This document shows, piece after piece, positions 23,123-34,728 of a stretch of 64,000 nt of DNA. The notes beneath the pieces were generated by a model. That model was not told where the DNA came from. It searched no databases and saw nothing but the letters and a program-made list of their open reading frames with translations. Origin of the DNA: Selaginella moellendorffii (taxonomy: Eukaryota > Plantae > Lycopodiophyta); NCBI RefSeq assembly GCF_000143415.4, contig NW_003314317.1:1235823-1299822 (forward strand), in the 5' to 3' direction. The translations under genes were made by a program, and so were the position numbers. Every line of letters starts with the position of its first letter. Positions within the stretch are counted from its first letter, which is position 1.

Positions 23123-24900
23123 TGTAAGCAACTAAAGGGAATAACTCAAGAGACAATCCATAAGGGTTCAAATATAGAAGGAAAAGGCCAACTTAATTTT
23201 TTATTCTACTTTAGTCACTTTTAACCATTTAAAGGAGTTTCACTCATAACTTTCATATGTTCTATTCTGGACTTGGGGACTTACTAGCCCTGTGAATGGC
23301 ATCTATACCATTCAACCTTTACATTTAGTCCAAGTGCTTCATATATTCAATCTTATAATCAATACTCCAAAGGTATTACTAACATATCAGTCTGTTATGC
23401 TAAGGCCATGTCCATTTACCCTTGTTTCATTAGTAGTCCTAAATTACCCATGCCATAGTCCCATCTTTCAAAGACTAGGCCATCCATCCATGAGTGGTCA
23501 TCCTAAAATTACTCTTTAGCATCCTTAAGATGTCTAGAAACATAGAAAACAACCTTCCCCAACATCCCTTTTTTGGTCTCTACCAAATCTTTCTTCGTCC
23601 CCAGTTATGTTTGCCAATACTGCCACTAAGTCAGGGCCCAAATACCCAACCATGATGTCCTATAGATCTTTGGGACTTGCCATATGACTGCATCTTTGGT
23701 CATTACACAAGATTTCTATCCTCTTTTTTTCCACAATCTAAGACTTTGGAATAACATTTTGAAACATTGTGGCCTTACATAAGCCTCATGGGTACTCTCC
23801 CCATCTTTCGCCTTTAGGTGCCCTAGCCATATGGCTTGAGCGAGGTTCCGATAAATCACACTAGGTATTTAAGTAGGTAGTGCCACCCACACTTAAATTG
23901 GGAGCATTAATCATTTGATCTTCTGAAGGAGTTAAAGTTAGCTTTTGAACACTTCACCAAGTTACCCTATTTGTCTATCTATATTCACTCTAGTCTTGGA
24001 CTCCTTAGTGGTTATATCATCACTCACTACATGGGTATAACCTTCCTTAGTCATATTGGCCTTTCCTACCTAAATTGTCTCTATTGGAGTTTTCCCCCTA
24101 TTATACTTTTGGAGCTCACCAAACCCCTTAGAGTCTAGGAGATAATCACTTTGGGCTTTCACCCTCGACTCAGATACGGACTTAGATTTGGACTTGGACT
24201 CAGACTCGGATTTGAACTTGGACTCGGTCTCAGACTCAGTCTCGGTTTTAGTCTCGGTCTCGGTCTCTTTCTCGGCCTTGACCTCGGACTCCATCTCAGG
24301 TCTATCTTGGACTTGACCTCGGACTTCATCTCAGGTCCATCTCGAACTCCATCTCAAGTCCATCTTGGGTCTATCTCAGGTCCATCTTGAATCCATATTG
24401 GACTTTATCTCGGACTCCATTTTAGGTCCATATCGAACTCCATCTCAAGTCCATCTTGGGTCCATCTCAAGTTCATCTTGGATCCATATTGGACTCCACC
24501 TCGAACTCCATCTTAAATCCATCTCAGTTTATATTGGACTCCATCTTGGACTCCATCTTGGACTCATTCCTAACACTTCCATGTGTCATGACACTTGTTA
24601 TGTGTCAGTCCTTCTTGTGTCCCTTTTTAGAGACTCATTCATAGATTTCTTTGTATACATTCTTTGAACACTTTGTTTGGAGTTTTATTCTCACTCTCGA
24701 CTTTCCAAGTAGGAGCTTTTGGTTTAAATATGTTACACTTATTGGACTTCTGGTTCGACCACTACCATGTGGCATCCTTTCTACTCCACTTTTGGGCTTA
24801 GGGATTTGTGTCTCACATTTATGAAAAAAAATGCACCCTTTTCAATTAAAGGTCTTTAGGTATTTAGGGTTAAGTGTCGTTATGTTTGAATAATACTAAG
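23123..24900 (+). mobile_element. Second, older 5S-bearing (Cassandra-like) LTR split into 23123-23189 and ~24818-24900
   Basis: 23123-23189 matches 7418-7486 (tgtaagcaactaaagggaa...gggttcaaatatagaaggaaaaggcc). 24818-24900 matches the continuation, including a degenerate 5S part (gggttaagtgtcgttatgtttgaataatacta). Confidence 0.72.
23190..24817 (-). mobile_element. Degenerate family-B solo LTR (minus strand)
   Basis: Starts with the reverse complement of the LTR 3' end (ttctactttagtcactt), contains the decayed array (24165-24570) and ends gggatttgtgtctcaca at 24817. Confidence 0.85.
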
Positions 24901-27900
24901 CAAATGCAAGAGCATAGTACTAAACAAGTGGAAGCTACAAAGAAAAGTTTTGTGAGTCGATATTAGAGATGGTTTTAAAGGCTAATTGAAAGAACTACAT
25001 AAATACAAGGTTTTGCATTTGTTGTAGTTATATTTTGGATTTTAACCTCTTATTTTGGTTTAAAGTTATTGCTTTGAGAGGTTATAATTGGTTCATCGAA
25101 ATTCCATATATAGATGATGCTTATGGTATAGCTTTTAGTTATATTGTTATTATAGTTGACAGCAACTATATTGTAAGTCGGTGGTGTTATGGAAGTTTTA
25201 CAGTAGTGTGCAATAGCTCAGTAAAAGTTTCAAATGTTTTATCAAATTTACTTTAATTAGGCCTTTTCATCTTATTGAAGAAGTCTATATATATAGATAG
25301 ATAGATAGATAGATAAATATGCTAATTAGTAGTGTAATATATGGACTATATAAGGTCTATTTTTCTTATATATGAGTAGAGGTATTTACCCCTGTTGGAT
25401 TAATTTCAATTCAAACCATTTGTTCATATGGTTTTTGGGCTAATTGATATGCACATTTTTGTATTCCATTTCCATAGATTTAATCTTTCACTCCAAAAAG
25501 CTTTCAATATATTTTTTTCTATAAAGATTTTTTGTTATATATTGATCCTTATATATAGATACATTATTAGAAATAATAATAAAATATAAGATTATTAATT
25601 TTTTTAAGAATCAACTACTACTATAGTATGATTCTTTAAAGTTTTGATCAATAATAATTACTTATCTCCTGTTTAGGGAATATATAAATAGAAAAAATTT
25701 CAGGAAAATATAATTTTTATAAATACATATGTTAAAATGAATCTCCATCTTTAGCCTCATGAACCACAGGCATTAGTTCATAGAAAACTACCTCTGAATG
25801 ATTTTCTTTTAGAATTGCATATCGAGTTTTTACAACTTGGACATAATCCCTTATTAAGTTCCCCACTACTACATGCTCTATCTTTATAGCCATACCTTTG
25901 GCCCCTCAGTAAGCACTATATAAAACTTATCTAACTTCCCTCACTCATGGATTCTTCATCAACATCTTTACCACTTAGCCTTTTATCATTTGATGAAGCT
26001 TTGAGCTCCTTAACTTGTGTCACAACCTAAAAAACAAAAAAAATATATACATTAAGTAATGCCTTCTTGGTGCCTTTCATGCCCTTTTAGAAGCCTCCCC
26101 TAAGCATCTTCATCATTGATGACAACATTTATTCTTAGCTACTCTCTACCTCCTATTATATTTGATTTTTGCCTAGATACCTTGAGAAGCATCTTTATCT
26201 CTAACATTTGCCTCTCAAACTCCTAGGTTTCCTTCACTAACAGCTTAGTTTAGTGCTTTGCTATGAATATCTTCTCAATCTGGGCATCACTTGCCTACTT
26301 AGCCTTTTGAGATTCCCTTGCTTGAACTGCTGACTAGTCCAACTCACTAATGCATGCATGTAAGCAAGCTTCATCACAAGCCTCTACCTGGTCAAGACAA
26401 TTTTTTAGCCACCCATACTCTATAAGTAACTTGGAGCTAGCATCTTCTTAGTGCCTCATCTTTGCATGAGATGTTTTTGCTAGCATCCAGGTTCTATATA
26501 TCCATGTCAAAGGCCAGTGTTTATCTATTCCTCACACTTGCAATTTGTACTCCTCTTGGATTTGTTAAATTCTAATTTTCACTAGCTTCTAGATAATTGC
26601 CTCATGTGTTAAAATCCTAGAATGTCCTATATTCCTCCATAATTGGGAAAACCACTCATCGCAACTCAACAATCTCCCCTTATACCTACTGTGAGATATC
26701 TTAATGCATTCCCAGTAGTAAAACTGGATAGTTAAAGGAATCCTTATTACAAATCTTCCATAAGCATTCTTTTATAAAGATAGCCACTACTTTATATAAC
26801 TTTTTCATCTCAAGGCTTTCATAGTTATTATATAAATCTACTACAAAAATCTCCTAACACCTAAAGATTTCCCCAACCTTGACTTTTTGTCCATCCCCAA
26901 AAGTAAGTGGCATACTTTTCGTGAGTAGGGTTGATATGATCATCAACTCCACAATCTATAGCCTAGTTTCAAATTTAATCCCCATGTGGGATATAAGCAA
27001 ATTGCTTTCTCACAAAAGATTTTATATTTTGCCAATAGCCCCTACAAAATCATAATCTTTCACATATGAAGATCTATTACCTAAAGTATTGTGGAATCAA
27101 TAAGATCACCACCTAAGCCCCAATTCAAAAACCATTAAGGTTGAAGGAGGTCAATTTCATTAATGAGCCTCTATGGATATAATAGTTTGTTTGTTTCTTC
27201 ATGTCAAATTCTCCTCCTCTAGGTTACATATAATAATTCTTCCCTCACCTTCTTGGGTGTAGGTTTGCCCTCTACTTCAAGATCTTGGATCAGAATTTCC
27301 TTTCAAACTTTCTTTACTGACTTCAAGGTCATTTAATGGTAACTCTTCCTCTTTGGTTTTTAATGCTTCTTGCTGTTATAAGATTTTGGCACATAAATCT
27401 CTTCATTAACACTTAATGCCCAAAAGCTTATCTTCAGATTCTTTTAAGGCTGAACACCCTTTCCCTTTCCCCAAATTATCACCCACAAGAACTTAGAATC
27501 CACCAAGAATTTTCCCATGCATACACTAAAGTATTTATGCCAACTAGTTTGGTTACTTAATTCTGATGGGCAATCACTTTCATAGTTAATTTTGTGCCAT
27601 ATGTCAAGGGTTGCCATGTGTTTTTTAACTCTTTTTTTCTCTCACTTTTCTTTTCTTTGTTTTTTTCTTCACTCTCTTTCTTTGCCACTTTTCTTACTTC
27701 TCTCATTTTTTTTCCTGCTTCCTATAGTCCTAATACAACCTAGATGTCTCTATAATATCTTCCTTAAGGAAAACATATGAGTAGTGTCTAGCAATTTAAT
27801 GCCGTTCTTTATCTTTAAGGATTAAATTTTGGTTATGTCCTTCTTTTTAGCCTATAACTTTGTATGGTCCCTTTATCATTGCCTCAGAATACACCCAAAA

Positions 27901-29255
27901 CATTTTTTCTTCTTTTGCATTGATATTGGCTTGTGCAGTACTTTTTGTAACTCCAAAACTAACACATATAGACTTTGGATAGTAGCCACTTCACTCTTCC
28001 TCGCTTCTAGGATTTGTCATATCATTTTGTGGTAGGAGTCATAAAAATTCTTAACCAAACTGTGGGAAACTAACATTTTTAGATTTTGTATGAGAGGGAC
28101 CATTCCATCAAGATTCAATAACACGACTAAAATGAACTTTTGACATATTTAAGGTGTCATGCTAATCTTGAGCTCATCTAGAGAATAGTGAAAATACGTC
28201 CAAAAGAAGATTTTCCTTAGCAAAAAAATGTAGAAAGATTTGTCGCCACCACCTCACCATTTAAGCCTTGATATGTGCCAATTGTGATCCTCCTGTGAAA
28301 TCTCTCATCCAAGGAAAAATTGCTCCTTCTCATTTTCTTGATTTTGGGTATGTCCTCCTTACTCTTAAACTCCAAACATATTTGCACCACCCTCTTAAGC
28401 ATCTTTTCCTTTGGCATTGGCTTGAGATATTATTAATAGTATTTTCCTTGGGCATACTTCTTTTCTTTCTCAGCAATAACAGCCAAACTTTGCTTCTTAG
28501 ATTTTACAAAAGATTCACTTGGTCATGAATTAAATCCACCACCAACCATCTTTTTGCATTCAACTCTTCAGAAAAGTGTTGCAATAGTATTAAGTTAAAG
28601 ATTAACAAAAGAAACTCATATTTTAGAAGTTAATTCTTTCCCCACATGCAAGAATTGTCAAACAATCTTTATAATATTAAGAAAGGTGTAATGAACAAAC
28701 TTAAACCACATGACATAGAATATTTAACATATCAGCCTAGCAATGCTTCTTTGGTCTCTTGCTAACATAGCCTAGTTGTTTTATGCTTATTAATGGTAGC
28801 TTTATGGAAGGTGTATTGATGTAAGAGAGCATGAGTTTTATGACCTAACATTATAGCACATTGTATATGCCAACATAAAATCTCCAAACATGCTCACTCT
28901 AAGGTACTTGGGATATTAAAATAAACATAATTGTTGTTCAAATAAAAAATCCCACATCCACAAAACTAATGTGAGCACACTCTAATTTAAGTTGTAAGCA
29001 ACAAAACACTCTTTACTCTAGAGCACACTCCAAGAAACATTATTAAACACAAAATCCCTGAAGGGTGGGGTGAGGCTCAATTTAACCAAGTTCTCTATTA
29101 CTTCCCACTCTTATTTTTCAATTCCTTCTTGGGATCTCAGAATTCTCTACATGTGCTATAGCTCTACCACCTCTTTCCATCATGAGTATGTCCTTTAGAA
29201 ACCCAATTAGTTAGGGTGAACGTTAACTTTTTTACTTTTTTTTGCAATAAAATTA

Positions 29256-30159
29256 GGGGGTTTTCGCACCCACCATTAATTTAGGGCTTTTACATCAGAG
29301 GATTTTAGCCTAATTTAAAATTTTAATGTTATTCTTTTCACACCAATATTAGTTAATAATAGCATTAGTAGTTATTAGTCATTTTGGGTGATAAAAACTT
29401 TGGATAATGTTAACTGGTTCACACTCCCATTAAATTAGTTAATTTAATGATGCTCTGTTCACACCAGCTATTAAGTTATACCTTATAACATGCAGCAGTG
29501 CAAAAGGCGACAACAATCACGAAGATCTTGGCACCAGCCACCCCCATCAATCTCCCTCACCCTCTTTGCACTAGCTCCTCCATCTCCCCACTCCCTCCTC
29601 AAAAAGTGGCAGTGGAGGAGGCGGCAGCAATGACAACGATAGGAGGAGCTTCCACAGCGGCGGCAATGGCCTCGTCCCCCAGCCTGGCGGCGGTAATGGC
29701 GTCGAGTGGCATGGCGGAGCAAAGCAACGGGGAGGCAAGTGCTCTGGAATGTGGTGTTGGGCACAAGTGCAAGAGCCCCAACAAGCCCAGTGGGCTTCTC
29801 CAGTGGGGGCAGCGGAATGGGTGTGTCATGGAAGCAACCAAGGGAGGAGGAAGAGGTGGCGTTTGGAGAGTTGTGCACATGAAGAAGCAGCAGCAGCACG
29901 GATCTAACATTGCCCTATAGAATATTCGTGGAATAATTTAATCCTAATGCTACAAAAGTGTAGCATTAGGATTTTAGCGAAAAATGTGAAAGAAATGCTA
30001 ATTGTAACATTAGCTTACTTTAATGTTTATTTCTGGTGTGAACAAGTTACCATTAAATTATCTATTAAATTAGAGTTTACAAAATCTAATATAATAGTGT
30101 GGTGGTGTGAACGAATTACCATTAAATTTACTAATTTAATGGTGGGTGCGAAACCCCCC
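29256..30159. mobile_element. Non-autonomous TIR DNA transposon (PIF/Harbinger-Tourist-like) with GC-rich internal cargo
   Basis: ~29-bp TIRs: GGGGGTTTTCGCACCCACCATTAATTTAG (from 29256) and CTAATTTAATGGTGGGTGCGAAACCCCCC (to 30159), flanked by TTA and TAA. Subterminal (G)TTCACAC motifs on the left and GGTGTGAAC on the right. Confidence 0.8.
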
Positions 30160-30202
30160 TAAGACTTTTGAATTTTTTACCACTTTAGGGTTTATAGGGC
30201 TT

Positions 30203-31006
30203 ATGCTCCGGGCATGGATTGGAGCTAGGTCGCGGTCGAGAGCGCTGCTCCAGCAGTGCCGACGGCTGAGCGCGCCACCTCCTCAAATTGTGGATCCCGC
30301 CGATGGATCGCCTCCGCCTCCGCCTCCATCTCCGCCTCCTCCCGCCGTGATCGACAGTGAGGAGACGAGGCGCGCCAAGCAGCGCGCGGCGGATCTCAAG
30401 GCCATCTATGAAGGTAGGATGGATTTCGAGATCGCTACCAGGGTCGCATTTGGGGAATCTAAGAATCCAAATCCCAAGGAGCTCGGGTATGTTGCTAGAG
30501 TCCTCTTTGAAATAAGTGTCTTCCTCTTTCTTCCAGGCTTGATTGGCACTTGTGGCAGTTCTTCGTATGCGTCGTCGTCCCGGTTTCTCGTAAGCGACCA
30601 AAGTTCTAGCTCGATTTTTCTTTGTGGCTGAGCATTTTGATTCTCTTGTCTGGAGCAGTGATCTACATGGTGGCAATGTACGCGCGTCGAGAGATTCGAA
30701 GATTGGAGAAGGTAAGGATGGAACTTGGAGAGCTTTCTCTAACCGTTTTTTTCTCTTTTCCAGGAGAGAGGGATTGAGCCACTGCCAAAGAAGACATGGG
30801 CGAATAGATACGAGATCGATCGATTGCAAAAGGAGTACCAAGCCAAACGAACAGTGAGGCGCGCGGGATTAGACGTCGAAGAGCTCAAATCTCTCAAAGG
30901 CAGGCTCGATTCGATCGATGACAAACTCGCCAAACTGGAAACGTTTTTAAATCGCCCAGCGCTTCCAGAGATACCTTCAAGTCCTCCAGCAAATCAATCA
31001 AAGTGA
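30203..31006 (+). CDS. Small conserved plant protein with transit-peptide-like N-terminus, one hydrophobic segment and a coiled coil
   Basis: R/S-rich N-terminus. Exons encode VLFEISVFLFLP, VIYMVAMYARREIRRLEK (recalled as similar to the plant motif AVYLVAQYARYEMRRM) and ELKSLKGRLDSIDDKL. Telo-box at ~30185. Internal exon borders are uncertain. Confidence 0.65.
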
Positions 31007-31094
31007 CGAGCTTGTAAAAATCATGGTTTCAATCCCCACCGTCAAATTTGCCGGGCCATCTGACGGTCACGGTTTTACGTTATTAGGGTTCTTC

Positions 31095-33303
31095 ATGGGT
31101 AGTGTTTCGTGGTTGAGGCATATTTCCAGCGCTAGGGTTTTAGGCTTGAGGATCGATCGTCGGCGTTTTTACAGCGTGATGCCGCGAGGAGAGGAATCAG
31201 CAGCTGGGGCGGAGGCATCGGCTTCGGCGGTGGAAGCATCGCCAGGTATGAGCAAGAAAGCCGCACAGAAGGCCGCGAAGAAAGCCGAGAAGGAGCTCCG
31301 CCAGGCTGCTGCGCTCGCCGCGGCTGCCGCGGAGGAGGAAGAAATTGATCCACTGGCGGACAAGTACGGGGATACGAAGCTGGAGGATTTGCAATCCAAG
31401 GCTGTGACTGGGCGGAAGTGGACCGAGATTTCGGAGCTTGGGACCGATCTGGAGGGCTCTACTGTGCTGGTTCGTGGGAGAGTTCACAGCAAGAGAGCGA
31501 AAGGGAAGATGGCATTTCTGGTGCTTCGTGAGACTATCCATACCGTGCAATGCGTGGTTTCTATGGAGAACGTTGGGAGCAAACAGTTTGTAAAGTATGC
31601 GAGCTTGCTGAGCAAAGAGTCCGTTGTGGACGTGACGGGAAATGTGTCAAATCCAAGAAATCCAGTGTCCGGGACGACACAACCGGTAAGTCCTTTTCTT
31701 TTGTCGTGAAGTCATCTTCATCGTGTTCGTGCTTTGTTCTTCACAGGTGGAAATCCAGGTGACAGAACTCCATTGTATATCCAAGTCGACCAACGAGCTC
31801 CCTCTTCTGTTGGAAGATGCCGCTCGCAGTGACCAGGATATTGAGAAAGCTGCAAAGGTGAGTCGAGTCTCTTTTCTATTGCGTGGGTTAGTTTGATTTG
31901 TTTCTCTTCAGGAAGGCATTCAATATGCACGCGTTCTACAAGACACGAGGCTGAATAACAGGGTCCTTGATCTTAGAATCCCTGCCAATCAAGCGATCTT
32001 TACCGTTCAGTCGGAAATCTCAAGCGTATGTGCTTTGTTCGTTTTGTGACGAATTGTGGCGCTGAGAAGCTTGTTATGGTTTTTTTCAGCTCTTTCACGA
32101 CTTTCTACGGGCTAACAAGTTTCGCCAGATCCACACGCCAAAGCTTATCGCTGGTGCTAGCGAAGGTGGCTCTGCAGTGTTCAAGCTGCAGTACGCAAAT
32201 GATCAACCTGCATGTCTGGCTCAATCACCGCAGCTGCACAAACAGATGGCAATTTGTGGTGACTTCCGTCGAGTTTTCGAGATAGGTCCTGTTTTCAGAG
32301 CCGAAAAATCTTTTACTCATCGGCACCTGTGTGAATTTATCGGACTCGATTTTGAAATGGAGATCAAGGAACACTATTTCGAGGTAGAGTTTATTTGAAC
32401 TAGACGATGGGTAACTTTTCCACTTGCAGATCATCGACCTGATTGGCAAACTCTTCATCTATGTGTTCAACGAGCTTAACAAAAACTGCAAGAAAGAGCT
32501 TGAAACGATCAACAGCCAGTATCCTTTTGAGCCATTGCAGGTTTGATTACTTGTAAATTCAGTATAAATTGTTTCAACTGTGTACTTCTTTCAGTATCTT
32601 GACGAAACCCTGGTACTCGCATTTGCCGAGGGGATTCAGATGTTAAAGGTGATTGTTTCTATCATTGATTTTTGCAAGACCTGACGCGTGATAACAGGAA
32701 GCTGGGTTTGAGACTGATCCTCTTGGAGACCTTGACACAGAAACTGAGAGGAGACTGGGACTTCTTGTGAAGGAGAGGTGAGTAGTTTGTTTAACCCCTC
32801 TCATGCTCTTACGATTGATTCTTCTTCACAGATACAAGACTGATTTTTATATTCTGCATCGATATCCACTTGCTGTCCGGCCATTCTATACCATGCCTGC
32901 TGTCGACGATCCTAAATATTCAAACTCATTCGACGTTTTCATTCGGGGTTAGTCATCGTTGTTTCCTGTCGTTATTTGTTTGTTCTGATTGTCTTTTGTA
33001 GGCGAGGAAATCATCTCCGGTGCCCAGCGTGTTCATGACAAGGATCTTCTTCTAAAGCGGATCGAGGAGTGCAACATTGATCCAAACGCTATTGGCTTGC
33101 AGAACTACATAAATTCTTTCAGGTGAATAGCGAAAACATTAAACTTTTTGTGTGACAAATTTCCTGTTACTGGCAGCTATGGTGCACCACCTCACGGAGG
33201 CATTGGCGTCGGCTTGGAACGAGTAGCGATGCTCTTCTGCAATCTGGACAACATAAGGAAGGCCTCTTTGTTTCCTCGTGATCCTAATAGGCTGGCACCT
33301 TAG
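31095..33303 (+). CDS. Aspartyl-tRNA synthetase, eukaryotic cytosolic type, multi-exon, with alternative in-frame starts (31023/31095/31179)
   Basis: OB-fold [23 protein letters not shown]; [12 protein letters not shown]; [14 protein letters not shown]; [11 protein letters not shown]; motif 2 [18 protein letters not shown]; [13 protein letters not shown]; motif 3 [16 protein letters not shown]; ends [10 protein letters not shown] (TAG 33301-33303). Confidence 0.96.
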
Positions 33304-33328
33304 GTCGAAGACAACGGTGTCCTGATAA

Positions 33329-34439
33329 TCAGGCACCAGATTTTGCACAAGTGTTACAACCCATATTGACGCAAGGGATGTGACCACCAGGTTCTTCTTC
33401 TTCTTGCTGCTTCTTGTTGATCTTTCTCTTTGGAAAGACAGGAGGCCTTTCGTCCCTGAGCAGTGGTATCTTCTGTAAGTTGTTGATCTTGTGAGGTACA
33501 TTTTTGAACTTGGAAATGACAAATCTTTGCTTAGGCCTCGGCGGGTTCCTCCAGTAGAACCAGCGTATTATTCTCATGTCGGTGGTCTTGTTGTTCTTGA
33601 CAGGGACAAAGACTGGCCTGATAACTTGGAAGTCGTGATGGTGTTGGGTATTCATCCTGATGAAATCGTATCCATAAGCATAGCGAATGACTTCATCCAT
33701 GCTGTCGCCCCTGTTTCAGGAAAAGAAGAACACGATCATATTAAGCAAAGATTGACGAAGACACCACTTTGGTTCAAACCTTTCGAGCGGTGTGCCGTAG
33801 ACGTGGTCTGGATTTACTACCGATGGAAGTGGAGCAACGTTTGCCTGGTACAAAGCAAAGTTGTCATGGTGGAACTAGCAATTCGAGGTAAAGTTTACCA
33901 GTCTCTGCTTGACTTTGAGCTTGATTGGATGCTCTCTTCGGTACATTCTCTGTTCGTCTGCCCGTGTGACTTTCCTGAGAGAAGAAAGTGACGAAAAGAA
34001 GTAAAGTTTGAGTTTTGGAGTGTTGGATCTTACATTTTGGGAGCCTTCTTGTTCATAGCTCGCAGATCAGTGCCTTTGGCAGCGCTTGGGTCAGGGACGT
34101 TCTCTCGGAAGACCATCACTGCGAGGAACCAACACCGAGTTAGTGTTTCCTTCATCGAGTGATCGAACAGGCCTGGACTAACTTACGTTCTTTCACTGTA
34201 GGAGAATACTCGTTGAGCACTCCATAGATGAAGTTGTCGCTGGGAAGATTTCTGGTGGATCGTTTTCCCTGGAACGAGGACTGACATGAGCAAAGACAAT
34301 GAAGAAACTTGACGCAAGATAGAGGTACCGCTCCCAGCTTCGGTTTGATGAGAATCTCATCCTTTGCAGATGAGCTCCGGACATTCCCCATTCTGGGATG
34401 ATCCGACTCGTCGTAAGTCATGTTGCCTGGATTCGACAT
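33329..34439 (-). CDS. CFAP77: Cilia- and flagella-associated protein 77 homolog (FAP77/DUF4483), multi-exon
   Basis: Spliced product contains LIKPKLGAGKRSTRNLPSDNFIYG, GTDLRAMNKKA, VTRADEQRMYRREHPIKLK, PLPSVVNPDHVYG and MDEVIRYAYGYDFIRMN, in the same motif order as recalled for FAP77/CFAP77. Confidence 0.72.
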
Positions 34440-34728
34440 CGCGGAACAAAGCTTGAAATCGATCCGCCAAAGCCGACTTCTTCGACCAATCAGCCTATCA
34501 AAATTTGAGAACGGGGGAATATGCCATTGCGCGGCAACCAATTGGCGCCCACTCGTAGGCGCGTCATCCGCACCGTCCACGTGTCCAGGTGTATCGAATT
34601 CAAAGTTTGAATAAAAGAATATACCTAAAACTGACCTATCTCTGTTCAAGGCTTGATATGCTATTTTGATTCTAGCAATGTGGGCTGGGAGAGAGGTGTA
34701 GGGTTCTTGGATTCTTATGATCCAAGAA

